From positions 1 to 64,000 of IMG/VR virus record IMGVR_UViG_3300017909_001085: 64,000 nucleotides of DNA. One strand, 5' to 3'. Shown piece by piece: positions 54,251 to 64,000 of the stretch (its first letter is position 1; each line of letters starts with the position of its first letter). The stretch is from a virus (lineage: Duplodnaviria; Caudoviricetes). The notes beneath the pieces were generated by a model, which did no database searches, was not told where the DNA came from, and saw nothing but the letters and a program-made list of their open reading frames with translations. Made by a program: the position numbers and the translations under genes.

Positions 54251-56590
54251 TCACTTACTTTTCATAAAATCTTTGAAGTTCATCGATGCTTTTAATACAG
54301 GATTAAAAGGTCGATTAATCTCCATATCTCCAACTTTTTGTGACATAGGTTTTTTCAACTTATGCACAACACCTTTATTTCGTCTTGCCATGTCTTTTGC
54401 ATCATCTGCTTTAGATGCGAACCCTATAATCTTACCTTTAGCATCTACTGCGACATGCGTATACTTGATTGCTTCATCAAGTTCAATTTCTTCTTTCACT
54501 CCTGCTAATTTATATGCCGCATTGGCAAGTTGAGTGACTTTCATTTTTCTCATTCTGTCTTGATTTTGTTTGTTTACTTTCTTAAAAATTTTCATAATTA
54601 ATGATGCAGTAAACATATCAACCATTACACCATCAATCTTCATTGCTTGTTTATCATCAACAACTTTTTGAATTTTATCAATCGTGCCACCAAACGCAGA
54701 ACCACCTACTTCATCTAGTTCAGTTTCTTCTTTTACTAAAAACTTACCCTCAATGGACAAATTATCATTACCACCAAAGTTGACTTTGAAATCTCCATCT
54801 TTATAATCTTTCATAATAGTGCCGACTGTTTTTTCATAATGACGCTGAGAGGGACTTTTCAAAGAACCTTTCTTCACCTTTACTTTGTCACCAACCTTAA
54901 ACTTTTCATCAAGTTGTTTGACTTCAGTTAAGTGATAACCTTTACCTTGGCAATGGTCACAACCTTCGCCTTTACACTGAGGACACTCTACTTTCTTTCC
55001 TACTTCTTCAGGAACTACTCTCAACGCACCCGAAACGTAAGCAGGATGCATCTTCAATGCTCTCTGAGCATCTTTCTCATCGTTACTATCAACGTATACT
55101 TTTATCTTTTTATTTCTACTATCAGCATCTACACGAAATTTGATACGACCCATTTTCTGAGCAATCTCTTTTCCAATACCATCACCCATCATTTTGTCAA
55201 AGACTTTTTGTTTCTTAGGGTCTTTGAAGTTTCCATCTTTATCAAACAGTTTTGCAAGATGTGGTGGTAGTGCTTCTTCTAGTTCAACTTCTTCCATATT
55301 GAGTTCTTTTCTTAACTTTGAGATTTCTCTTGAAAGAGCATCATGTTTTGGTGAACCAGAAGGAATCTTCATTGCTCTTGTGTACATCACCATAAGTGCT
55401 TTTAGTTTGTCAACATCCTTTTTGTCAATATTAAGTTCCTGTGCCATGCTCTTCATCTTACTTTCGTCTAGTTCGACTTCTTCAATCGCATACTTAGACC
55501 AAGAACCCTTAAAGTTTTTCTTCATCCACTTACTTACAATAGGACGGGCATCACCATTTGGATTCTTGTCGCCAGCAACACCTAAATCATCATATAACTC
55601 ATCATCACCGATGAACTCACCAACAACAGATATTGCATCATCTCCGCCTTTACCAAGTTTAATTGGTTTAGACATTGCTTTCTTCAGTCCTTGTTTCTTC
55701 TTTGAGGAATCAGGAAGCGCCCAAGTTCCTTCTTGTAGTTCTTCAAGCATCTCTGCGATATACCCTAATTCATCATTAGACAAAATCTCTTCACCCATAT
55801 TCAACAGACCTGCAACTTGCTTGCCCGGAATATAATCTGGTAGAATTTTTTCTAGTGATTTCTTAGGGTCTTTAGATTTCTGTGCATCTGCTTTGAATTT
55901 CTTTGCAAAAGGTTTCAATGTTCTGTCTTTATTCATAGCAGTTACGATGTCATCAATGTACATAGCAATCTGCTTCATCTTACCTTCTTCGATGCTTTCA
56001 TCAAAGTATTCGTTCTCTTTCAACTTTTGTACTGCTTTGTCAAAATCTCTTTTTGATTTTGCAAGAACTGTCTGTAGTTGTAACTTTGAAGCAGGTTTTA
56101 GTTTGTCGTAGATAGCAAGCAACTTCTCTGCATCTTTGGGATTTATTTTTGCTTTCTTACCATCAGCAAACTCAATAGGTTTCATACCTCTGAGCGATAC
56201 TGCTTTTCTCAATTGCATCATAATATTTTTATCTGCCGCTTTTCTATCGTCATCAGTAGCAAAGTCATCAATATCAGCGGCGTCTTTACCTCTTCTACGA
56301 CCCATTGCTCTCATTGCGTCACGCTTTGCACGATTTTCTTGCAACTCTTCACCCACAAGTTTCAAGTAATCTTTTACGACTTTTTGAGCATCTTTCTCGT
56401 TACGATACGAACCAGCATATTTTTCTCCATCAAAGTATACAAAGAACTTACCACCTTTTGTAGAGATAGTAACTTCTATATTTTTCTTTCGACCGACTTT
56501 ATCGGTCTTGACAATTTTCTCTCCACTGTCTACTTTGACTTTTTCAGCGAGATTTAATGTCTGTGATAGTTGGGTGAATGTGACTGACAT
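54251..56590 (-). CDS. Multi-module prohead core/internal polyprotein
   Basis: Lys-rich modules separated by repeated EE-x-EL-D/E-E linkers; sits in the gp67/gp68 slot between portal and protease. Confidence 0.7.
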   Translation of the reverse strand: MSVTFTQLSQTLNLAEKVKVDSGEKIVKTDKVGRKKNIEVTISTKGGKFFVYFDGEKYAGSYRNEKDAQKVVKDYLKLVGEELQENRAKRDAMRAMGRRRGKDAADIDDFATDDDRKAADKNIMMQLRKAVSLRGMKPIEFADGKKAKINPKDAEKLLAIYDKLKPASKLQLQTVLAKSKRDFDKAVQKLKENEYFDESIEEGKMKQIAMYIDDIVTAMNKDRTLKPFAKKFKADAQKSKDPKKSLEKILPDYIPGKQVAGLLNMGEEILSNDELGYIAEMLEELQEGTWALPDSSKKKQGLKKAMSKPIKLGKGGDDAISVVGEFIGDDELYDDLGVAGDKNPNGDARPIVSKWMKKNFKGSWSKYAIEEVELDESKMKSMAQELNIDKKDVDKLKALMVMYTRAMKIPSGSPKHDALSREISKLRKELNMEEVELEEALPPHLAKLFDKDGNFKDPKKQKVFDKMMGDGIGKEIAQKMGRIKFRVDADSRNKKIKVYVDSNDEKDAQRALKMHPAYVSGALRVVPEEVGKKVECPQCKGEGCDHCQGKGYHLTEVKQLDEKFKVGDKVKVKKGSLKSPSQRHYEKTVGTIMKDYKDGDFKVNFGGNDNLSIEGKFLVKEETELDEVGGSAFGGTIDKIQKVVDDKQAMKIDGVMVDMFTASLIMKIFKKVNKQNQDRMRKMKVTQLANAAYKLAGVKEEIELDEAIKYTHVAVDAKGKIIGFASKADDAKDMARRNKGVVHKLKKPMSQKVGDMEINRPFNPVLKASMNFKDFMKSK

Positions 56591-56596
56591 TTTTTT

Positions 56597-56779
56597 CTAC
56601 TGCTCCGCTTTTTCTATTTCTAGTTCACCTTTATCATTAAATAGAGTTTTTGATAGACGCTCTTTTGCTTGTGCAAGTGCATCTGCTACTTTGTCATTCA
56701 TTACTGACTGAAACTTATTTTCAGCATCTACAAAGTTTTTATCGTTAATATCTTTAATCATTGCGTTAATTTTTTTCAT
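56597..56779 (-). CDS. Small prohead core protein (gp67-like position)
   Basis: 60 aa, F...MNDKVADAL motif, directly after portal. Confidence 0.6.
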   Translation of the reverse strand: MKKINAMIKDINDKNFVDAENKFQSVMNDKVADALAQAKERLSKTLFNDKGELEIEKAEQ

Positions 56780-58290
56780 TAGAATCCACCTTCGTCATCT
56801 TCTTGTTCAGGCGCCGCTTCCGCTTCTGCCTCTATTTCACTATTTAGTGCTTCAATTTCATCGTCAGTTTGCTTCAGAATATTCTTACGAATCCATAACT
56901 GACTGTAGTATTGACCAGCATACTCTGCCGCATCTCTTACAAGTGCAAGACGCTCTCTAAGTATCTCTTGGTCTTTCAGTTCTGAGAACTGATTATCTTT
57001 TACATAATCATAACGAATATCTTCTTTCATCAGTTCCCAGTCTTCTTCAGTTATTACGCCTTTCAGCAATAACTGTGTACGCAACAAGTCTTGAAATAAT
57101 TCATTAAACTTCTTACGCAAACGACCTACGAACTTCGTAAATTTCAATTCATCACGATTAATCTCTGTTGCTCGACCTAACTGAAAACCACTTTCAGGTT
57201 GCATACGAGATTGTGGCACATTAAGTGCTAAGAACATCTTCTTCTTAAAGTACTCAATATCTTCAATCTCACCAAGGTTCTGACCACCACCTAATGTAGT
57301 AATCTCTGTACCTCTGCCGCCTTCTCTTCTTGGCATCCAAAAGTCTTCTAGCATGTTCATGAACTTACGGTCATCTTTAACTTCACCAGTATCACCATCA
57401 TACACTAACTTATTCTTAAAGTTATTCATGATATCTTTTAGATACTGTTCTGCTTTCAACTTAGGTAAGTTACCAACATCTACATAAAAAACTCTACGCT
57501 CAGGTGCCCTTGCAATACGATAGATGACTAGTGCATCTTCCATCATACGCAACTGATTGACTGGTTTGATTGCTTTGTGCAAATAACCTACAACCATATT
57601 ATTGTTCAAATCAGTTTGTCCAGATGGTACATAGCAAACACTATCTTTAGTTAGTGCTACTGCAGATGATTGTTTCATCTGTGAGATATTACCCATGACT
57701 TGACCTTCAGTATACAGGAAGTATTCTTTTATTTTTTTAATACCACCGATACCTTTAGATATCTCTTGTTGTTCATCTTTCTGAACTTCACGAACAAATT
57801 TTATTGAGCGTGGGTCAATAATTCTTAATTTTTGTATACCGTCTTTTTGATTTTTGGTATCTACAACTTTATGAAAGTATAGACGACCATCAATATACCA
57901 ACGCTTAAAGAGTTCATGAGAACGCTTGTTAAAGTCAAGCATTCTTAGAACTTCCTTAAACTCTTCATTTATTTTCTTCTTGATTGAACTTGAAACCTGA
58001 ACATCATCTAGAGTTATAGATACTTGTCTATCATCGTCAGACACGATTGCTTCATTGATGATATCATCAATTGCCGCTTCGCATTCTGGATGCATAGAAA
58101 TCTCACGATACTTCTTAATTAAGTCGTATTCGCTTTTTGCTTTATAATCCTGATTGACGAAAGTACCAAATGCGCCACCAGAGACGGTAGCGACACCATC
58201 ATCTGGTGAAGGAAGAATTATATCCTGCTTGCTTAAATTCTTCTCTTCTCCAGCACGACTGATTTCAAATCCGAAAAGTTTTACTGCCAT
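56779..58290 (-). CDS. gp20: Portal vertex protein (T4 gp20-like)
   Basis: WYIDGR, YLHKAIKPVNQLRMMEDALVIYRIARAPERRVFYVDVGN, PRREGGRGTEI. Confidence 0.98.
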   Translation of the reverse strand: MAVKLFGFEISRAGEEKNLSKQDIILPSPDDGVATVSGGAFGTFVNQDYKAKSEYDLIKKYREISMHPECEAAIDDIINEAIVSDDDRQVSITLDDVQVSSSIKKKINEEFKEVLRMLDFNKRSHELFKRWYIDGRLYFHKVVDTKNQKDGIQKLRIIDPRSIKFVREVQKDEQQEISKGIGGIKKIKEYFLYTEGQVMGNISQMKQSSAVALTKDSVCYVPSGQTDLNNNMVVGYLHKAIKPVNQLRMMEDALVIYRIARAPERRVFYVDVGNLPKLKAEQYLKDIMNNFKNKLVYDGDTGEVKDDRKFMNMLEDFWMPRREGGRGTEITTLGGGQNLGEIEDIEYFKKKMFLALNVPQSRMQPESGFQLGRATEINRDELKFTKFVGRLRKKFNELFQDLLRTQLLLKGVITEEDWELMKEDIRYDYVKDNQFSELKDQEILRERLALVRDAAEYAGQYYSQLWIRKNILKQTDDEIEALNSEIEAEAEAAPEQEDDEGGF

Positions 58291-58332
58291 ATTTTCTCCA
58301 CCTAATCATTATACCACGAACTTCAGAAAGAA

Positions 58333-58902
58333 TTAAGCAGTTGTATCTGCGGTCACATTACCGCCGAAACGACCACCAACACTTTCAAAGAACTGGTAAG
58401 TAAATTCACATGTAAACTCTGCAATTGCATCGTTTGTTCCAAAGTCTAGAGCAATCTCACCAATATTGGTTGGATATGCATCTCTGATTATGTATGACTT
58501 TAGAACATCATCATTTCTGTCAAGATGGTCAACTCTCAAGTCAACGAGATATTCTGCAGGAAACACTCTACCTCTGTTTGTGACTACGTTGTTGATACCA
58601 TTCTGCCAGATTTCTAATGCGTCACGAATTGCAAAAGAAGTGTCATTATAGACAGTTACGGTCCATGGAGTGAAAGTTCTTTCACCGCCAAAGTTTACTA
58701 CACGACCCCTATAGTTGACTGGAGTGTTACCGATTGTTGAACCAGGTAGTGCGGCGCCTCGGCATAGAAACTCACTGTCTCTGCCTGCTACACCTGCTAC
58801 TGCACCTGAGACATACTCAGGAAACGTCAGTGTACACTTAAACTGGTTTGCTCTCGCACCCCCACCAATCATACGGGACTTAAAGTCTGAAATTGTTGCC
58901 AT
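58333..58902 (-). CDS. gp19: Tail tube protein (T4 gp19-like)
   Basis: GGARANQF, LPGS, RGR...GERTF.PW..TVYND, YPTNI. Confidence 0.95.
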   Translation of the reverse strand: MATISDFKSRMIGGGARANQFKCTLTFPEYVSGAVAGVAGRDSEFLCRGAALPGSTIGNTPVNYRGRVVNFGGERTFTPWTVTVYNDTSFAIRDALEIWQNGINNVVTNRGRVFPAEYLVDLRVDHLDRNDDVLKSYIIRDAYPTNIGEIALDFGTNDAIAEFTCEFTYQFFESVGGRFGGNVTADTTA

Positions 58903-58934
58903 TTGTTATGCTCCTATTTACCTTTATTTATCCC

Positions 58935-60854
58935 TTATACACCAGTCTCTTCGAAACTGATTCCAGTTCTTGTTGCAACGAATGTTAAAGTGATAAAGTT
59001 GATTGACCTTGCAGGTTTCACAAAGATATCTGCTCTAAATTCATTTGCATCAATTACAGCGGCGGTGTTATTCGTTTCGTCACACACAACTTTGAAATCA
59101 AAGATACCTCTACGACCTTGAATGTCTCTCAAGAAAGGTTCTACAAGATTTCTGAAGTTTGCTCTGGTGAATGTGTCGTTAAATTCAAACAACTGAAACT
59201 TCGCCGCTGTTGCAATTGCTTTCTCAAGAACAATGAACAATCTACGAACATTAATTCTATCGAATGCACTTGGTGCAGTCAGCATAGTTTTATCACCAAA
59301 GAGTGTAATTCCTTGTCCAGGGAATGCTACAACTGGGTTTACTTGACTTCTATAGAGAGTGTCTCTATCTGCTTTGTTCGGTGAGAACGCTACTTTTACT
59401 GCATTCTTAATCTGCCCTCTGTTAAATCCAGCAGGTGAGAAGAATGGATCAGCAACTAAGTCTGTTCTTACACAACATCCAGCAACATCAGCATTGAGTG
59501 GAATCCAACGATATACATCATTGTATCTGTCATACTGATACTTCCAACCACTGTCCATTACTGCAAATGAAGAGTTGATGTTTGCTGAAGCATCTCTAAA
59601 GTCTACAATATCTGTAGCGGCAGTTGTCGCCTGTGCGTCAGCAAGTTCAGGTGACAAGAATACCATACAGTCTTTTCTTATTTCTGCTACGTTATCTACA
59701 ACATACTTAGCAGTTGCTCCATCTGCAGGACCCATAACAATCAGTGAGATATCGTATTTCTCATCATTTGCAAATTCTGCATATGCTGTTTGTCTTTCGC
59801 CTGCTGATACAGCGGCACCATTTGAACCACCTGCTAGTGATACATATTGTGGTTTTCTGCCTGTGTGTGAAAATCCGTTACTTAGAAGACCTGTTGATGA
59901 ATTACCTACATCTGCATCTAAGTCACCATGATGGTCACCCCAATAGATATATGTTGAATACTCGTTAATGTGGTCTTTGTAGAAGTTTATAGTACCATCT
60001 GCTTTTTTCGCATCTGATGCTACTGAAAGATTTGAAAACTTCTCAAGTACTGTGTTTGCTGTACCACTGATATCGCCATCTTCATCGACAACAATAACGT
60101 GAACTTCATCACCTGAACCGCCTCTTGCAGTTGCTTGTGCAGAAGTTCCCGGTGCTGAATCAAATTCAGCATGATAGAACCATTTTACAGTTACATCAAC
60201 TGCTGTGCCACTTCCATCAACTGCAGAGGTTAGACCAGTAGTCTTACCTTTTTCTCTGATAGTTAGTGTGTTTGTTGATATTCCTGTTACTTCGTATTCT
60301 GTTGCATGATTAGCAAATACAATTAAGTCACCAACAGCAATGTTAGTGGCAGCGGTAACTGTAACAGATGTAGCACCTGCAGAGTTATTTGCTGTAGTAT
60401 TAGTTACTGCTGATTGACTGTATGAGTTTGCATTCATACAAAGTGAAATTCTTAATGAATTACCTAATGTACCTGGTGATTTTGCCGCCCAATCGCCAAC
60501 TCCTGCGGCGATTGCACTAGCACCCAATGTGTCATAGTGGTCATCATTTTTAATTTTGAATCCTGAACCGTCTTGTGCCGCATTCAGAAGTCCTGCTTTA
60601 TCTGCTCTAATTACTTGAAGGTTAGAACCATAAGACAAGAAGTTTGCCGCAGAGAAGAAATCTTCATATGTATCAGCATTCGGTTCACCGAAAACGGAAA
60701 CCAATTCATTTTCTGATGATACATTAGTTACTACGTCAACAGGTCCTGTCTGAAAATTACCTGCAAAGGCACCTGGAGAGGTTGCTACTGCTGGCACAAC
60801 CTGTGTCAAGTCCACTTCACGAACTAGAACGCCTGGTGAAATTTGAAATGCCAT
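58935..60854 (-). CDS. gp18: Tail sheath protein (T4 gp18-like)
   Basis: SPGVLVREVD, FSPAGFNRG, GDKT, FDRINVRRLF, KPARSINFI. Confidence 0.97.
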   Translation of the reverse strand: MAFQISPGVLVREVDLTQVVPAVATSPGAFAGNFQTGPVDVVTNVSSENELVSVFGEPNADTYEDFFSAANFLSYGSNLQVIRADKAGLLNAAQDGSGFKIKNDDHYDTLGASAIAAGVGDWAAKSPGTLGNSLRISLCMNANSYSQSAVTNTTANNSAGATSVTVTAATNIAVGDLIVFANHATEYEVTGISTNTLTIREKGKTTGLTSAVDGSGTAVDVTVKWFYHAEFDSAPGTSAQATARGGSGDEVHVIVVDEDGDISGTANTVLEKFSNLSVASDAKKADGTINFYKDHINEYSTYIYWGDHHGDLDADVGNSSTGLLSNGFSHTGRKPQYVSLAGGSNGAAVSAGERQTAYAEFANDEKYDISLIVMGPADGATAKYVVDNVAEIRKDCMVFLSPELADAQATTAATDIVDFRDASANINSSFAVMDSGWKYQYDRYNDVYRWIPLNADVAGCCVRTDLVADPFFSPAGFNRGQIKNAVKVAFSPNKADRDTLYRSQVNPVVAFPGQGITLFGDKTMLTAPSAFDRINVRRLFIVLEKAIATAAKFQLFEFNDTFTRANFRNLVEPFLRDIQGRRGIFDFKVVCDETNNTAAVIDANEFRADIFVKPARSINFITLTFVATRTGISFEETGV

Positions 60855-60905
60855 TTTATTTACTCCCGTATTTTTAATTCAAAGGTCTTAGTCATTTACA
60901 TTGAA

Positions 60906-60913
60906 TATTTATA
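60906..60913 (-). promoter_or_regulatory. T4-type late promoter
   Basis: TATAAATA upstream of gp18. Confidence 0.8.
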
Positions 60914-60916
60914 AGT

Positions 60917-62539
60917 TTACCAACTTCTGTCTTCTACTACGACCCATCTGTCACCATCTGCATCAGTGAAGGATTCGACATCGTTTGTATCCCCACTAAT
61001 AAATCCAAATGGTAATAATTCATCTTCTATTGCTTGCATTTTTTCTTTATAAAGTTTCTCTCGTATGTCATTTTCTGTTAATTCTTTGAAATACGGTTGT
61101 CCACTTAACCATGCAAACATCACCAAGCACATTGCTAAATCATCATGACTACCTTCTTCTGCTTCGTAAGAACCTTTTCTTGCTACAAAAGTAGATAGTT
61201 CGTTGATAATATCGAAATCTTGAATTATCAACTTGTTCTCTTCTATGAGATTTTTTAGATTACTACAACCCAATCTTTTCAGTTGACCTGTAGTTCTAGC
61301 ACCTAGTGTGGTGCCACCACCAAAACCTCCTCCTAAAACTTGTCCTGCTCTACCTTTCCATGTGGTAGACAATAAGTTTTCATATTCTATCTCACTATTT
61401 AGAATATCGGCGACTTGTTGACCTATGTCGTTTATCTCAACAAGTATGTATGCATCATTATAATGAGATGCCATACGATTAATTATTGTAGGATACATCA
61501 AAGGTGATATATCATTAGAGCGATACTTACATACAACTTTGAAAGGCATCTTTGTAACATCTAATATCACAAATGCGCTGTAGTCGATTCCTACGCCCCT
61601 TGAGACATCAACTGTGCAGACATATGTTCTACCTTCTTGTGCTTTCTCAAATACTGTTACACCCTCTTTATCATATTCAGGATGTTTATATGCCATATTA
61701 CGCAAAGCATTAGGATTAATAAGTGTATTGCTTGACCCTAAGAACTGACATTCAAACTCTTGTTGCCACTGTTCTTGTGATGTGTTCTTAATAGTCTCTT
61801 CTTTGAAACGTATACCTCGTCCCGGTATATCATTCCATTCAACTTCTATTGTAGCATAGTTGCTTCTCTTTTCTTCTGCATCTACCCACATTTTATAAAA
61901 GTGGTTCATACCATTAGGTGTTGATACTACCATAACTTTTGTATTTTTACCAGAAGTGATAGTAGGATATACTGACCTAAAAAAGTCTTCTGCTAGATTA
62001 AATGGAACGAATGCAAATTCATCTAGAAAAACTAAGTTATAAGAACCACCTCTAACTGCACTAGATGATGTTGATGATGCGATAATTTTACTATCATTCT
62101 CTAGTACAATAGAACCTTTGTTCCATTCTTTAATACCTTGTTGCAACCAAGGTGGCAATGCTTCGTAAGACATATGTATTTTTGCAAGCAAGTCTCTAGC
62201 AAGTGCGCCTTTGTTTGCAAGAATAGCACAGTTCACTGTAGGGTTGAACAATGCATACCATAGAATGTATGAACAAACTGTAGTTGACTTACCTGACTGT
62301 CTAGGTATTTTACATATAGAAAACCTGTTCTTGTGAAACGTCTTGACCATCTTCTTTTGAAATGGATACATCTCAAATGGCACAAAACCTTCATCAAGAT
62401 TAATAATCTTAACATACTTTTCGATGAAGTATGATGGGTCTTTAGAACACTTTACATACTCTTCGATTTGCTCTGCAGTGAACTCTTGCTGAACATTAGT
62501 CTTTTTAAGATTAGGGTTTCCTAAATAATTATCACTCAT
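60917..62539 (-). CDS. gp17: Terminase large subunit (T4 gp17-like)
   Basis: YLGNPNLK, RQSGKST, LDEFAF, STPNG, DVSRG, HDDLAM. Confidence 0.97.
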   Translation of the reverse strand: MSDNYLGNPNLKKTNVQQEFTAEQIEEYVKCSKDPSYFIEKYVKIINLDEGFVPFEMYPFQKKMVKTFHKNRFSICKIPRQSGKSTTVCSYILWYALFNPTVNCAILANKGALARDLLAKIHMSYEALPPWLQQGIKEWNKGSIVLENDSKIIASSTSSSAVRGGSYNLVFLDEFAFVPFNLAEDFFRSVYPTITSGKNTKVMVVSTPNGMNHFYKMWVDAEEKRSNYATIEVEWNDIPGRGIRFKEETIKNTSQEQWQQEFECQFLGSSNTLINPNALRNMAYKHPEYDKEGVTVFEKAQEGRTYVCTVDVSRGVGIDYSAFVILDVTKMPFKVVCKYRSNDISPLMYPTIINRMASHYNDAYILVEINDIGQQVADILNSEIEYENLLSTTWKGRAGQVLGGGFGGGTTLGARTTGQLKRLGCSNLKNLIEENKLIIQDFDIINELSTFVARKGSYEAEEGSHDDLAMCLVMFAWLSGQPYFKELTENDIREKLYKEKMQAIEDELLPFGFISGDTNDVESFTDADGDRWVVVEDRSW

Positions 62540-62789
62540 TTACAATTTTCTGTAATACTACTTCAAACTGGTCAATCTTTAATGTACGATTAGGCCAGTA
62601 GATGTAATCTTTCTCTGGGTTTGCTTTTAAGTTATTAAGTAAAGGTGTTACTGCTTCATGTAACTTTTTTACTTTTGCTTGTAGTTTAGTCACTTCTTCT
62701 GATGTAGATGATGCAGTCTGTGCTAGTTGTTGTACTGCTTCTAATTCATTCTCATCAACAGCGGTGAAACCAAAATCAAAATCACTCAT
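62532..62789 (-). CDS. Conserved hypothetical protein between gp16 and gp17
   Basis: FDFGFTAVDE...PLLNNL..NPEKDYIYWPNR. Confidence 0.65.
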   Translation of the reverse strand: MSDFDFGFTAVDENELEAVQQLAQTASSTSEEVTKLQAKVKKLHEAVTPLLNNLKANPEKDYIYWPNRTLKIDQFEVVLQKIVNE

Positions 62790-63207
62790 GGTCGATTACC
62801 TTTTCTTCTTTCTCACCTTTAATCAACTTTTGTAATTCTGCAGTTGAACCAACGAACAATGCGTTTGTTACGTTTTGAGGTGCTTTTTCGTCTACTTTAT
62901 TTAACTCTTTCATATTCTTCTGCAATCTCATCAAATCTTGAGTTACATCACTAACTGTTTTAATTAATTGACCTGCTACTTCATATGAACGAGGATTTTC
63001 TGCTTCTCTTGCTAATTGAAGAATACCTTCGATTGCTGTATTACCTTTCTCAATAAGCATATGAAAGTTTTGTCTAGCAATCTCATAGTCTGCATCTGCA
63101 TCTGCTTTGTTAGGGTCAGGTGCTGGTAAATGGTCAGATGGTGTTACTGAAGTAGGCAACTGTTCTGCTATATCAAACACTCGATTTAATTTATCATCTA
63201 TACCCAT
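62782..63207 (-). CDS. gp16: Terminase small subunit (T4 gp16-like)
   Basis: DYEIAR, PRSYEVAGQLIK, NALFVGSTAELQK. Confidence 0.92.
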   Translation of the reverse strand: MGIDDKLNRVFDIAEQLPTSVTPSDHLPAPDPNKADADADYEIARQNFHMLIEKGNTAIEGILQLAREAENPRSYEVAGQLIKTVSDVTQDLMRLQKNMKELNKVDEKAPQNVTNALFVGSTAELQKLIKGEKEEKVIDHE

Positions 63208-63214
63208 ATCACAC

Positions 63215-63586
63215 CTACAATTGTGTGAAACCGCTTACCTTTTTCAAAGTAATCGTCACAGTTCCATCTTCAATGAACACTCGTAAATCTTTGTCTGGTT
63301 CTGCAGATAAACCAAGTTGTCCTGTATTAATAATTGAACCTACTCCTGCACCAGTAAAAGTAAACACTGGTGTTAGATTTGGTTCAGTTACACGAAAAAT
63401 TTGTAAATCGCCTACATTATTATCATAATCAATTTGCAGAATGATACACTCAACATTTGTTGCAGTTTCATCTCTACCAAGTGTATCTACATCTATATCA
63501 AAGTCAATCGAACCTGGAGTAAAATCTCCTGATACTGCGAATGTTGCTCTTGTGTCTGTTGTGTTTAGAATTGTTTTAGTTGCCAT
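63215..63586 (-). CDS. Small beta-rich probable virion protein
   Basis: Paralogous to 53841-54197; inserted between gp15 and gp16. Confidence 0.55.
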   Translation of the reverse strand: MATKTILNTTDTRATFAVSGDFTPGSIDFDIDVDTLGRDETATNVECIILQIDYDNNVGDLQIFRVTEPNLTPVFTFTGAGVGSIINTGQLGLSAEPDKDLRVFIEDGTVTITLKKVSGFTQL

Positions 63587-64000
63587 TATGTATTCCCCGG
63601 AAAGTCAGTCCACACTTCTGTGAATCCAAAATCATCATTTGCATCTGCTGAAGTAGGATCAGGTGTAGTTGTTAATCTTGATGTAGGTCCTGTTGATGTA
63701 CCAATTGTCAATGCATTATTTTCTAAGAATGCATCTGCTTGCACCGTCTTGATAATACCTTGCTCCTTCACTGGTCCATAAAAATTCATTTTAACTGTAA
63801 ACGTCATAGTATATATGATACTTCTACGAGTGGCAAAATCACCCTCATAATCATCCTCATATGTTAGACCTTCTAATATCAGAGGAAAGTCATCTTTGAT
63901 ACCCATCTCTGGAACTGCGTTTATAGTTAGTGTATATGCTGGTGTAAAAAACGGCAATATTTGTTCAACTATTTGTAGTGCATCTTCTTGATTTTTCGCC
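63586..64000 (-). CDS. gp15: Tail sheath stabiliser/completion protein (T4 gp15-like), 5' part outside window
   Basis: QIVEQILPFFTP, DDYEGDF..RR.IIYT..F..K..FYGP. Confidence 0.92.
   Translation of the reverse strand, partial: AKNQEDALQIVEQILPFFTPAYTLTINAVPEMGIKDDFPLILEGLTYEDDYEGDFATRRSIIYTMTFTVKMNFYGPVKEQGIIKTVQADAFLENNALTIGTSTGPTSRLTTTPDPTSADANDDFGFTEVWTDFPGNT

Noticed and set aside
54473-55483. Repeats considered as a CRISPR-like array
   Set aside because: Degenerate at codon third positions, irregular 190-560 nt spacing, in-frame within a CDS; no cas genes
1-64000. tRNA genes, alternative genetic code, integrase or IS elements
   Set aside because: No cloverleaf with T-loop/CCA seen in the short intergenic gaps; core genes translate full-length in the standard code; no recombinase or transposase motifs

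Overview
A 64-kb, AT-rich, gene-dense segment of a T4-like (Tevenvirinae/Kyanoviridae-type) myovirus, most similar in gene content to marine phages of heterotrophic Gram-negative hosts. Essentially every gene is on the minus strand. Reading in the direction of transcription (right to left): gp15, gp16, gp17, gp18, gp19, gp20, a large multi-module core protein, gp21, gp22, gp23, gp3, uvsY, uvsW, gp55, a flavin-dependent halogenase, gp47, gp46, peptide deformylase, a cluster of modification enzymes (JmjC, GNAT-AspH fusion, PLP enzyme, 2OG oxygenases, N4C/N6A methyltransferase), the cobT-like/cobS-like vWA/AAA pair, an HTH gene, gp45, gp44, gp62, regA, hsp20, gp43, uvsX, gp41, a PD-(D/E)XK-like gene, a ligase-like plus HIGH-nucleotidyltransferase block with probable capsid-targeting leaders, structural genes, a spanin pair, gp61 primase, nrdA/nrdB, mazG and ruvC. 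Sigma70-type early promoters and TATAAATA late promoters are visible in intergenic gaps. The most striking non-coding observation is a 12-bp GC hairpin in the 3' UTR of the HTH gene whose 24-nt loop is antisense to the leaders/ribosome-binding sites of several early genes (candidate trans-acting early-gene silencing RNA). Also notable: a protease-cleavable polyprotein between portal and prohead protease, a perfect antisense sigma70 promoter upstream of gp55, and a ROSE-like RNA thermometer ahead of hsp20. All functional calls are from motif recognition and synteny only; no database searches were run.
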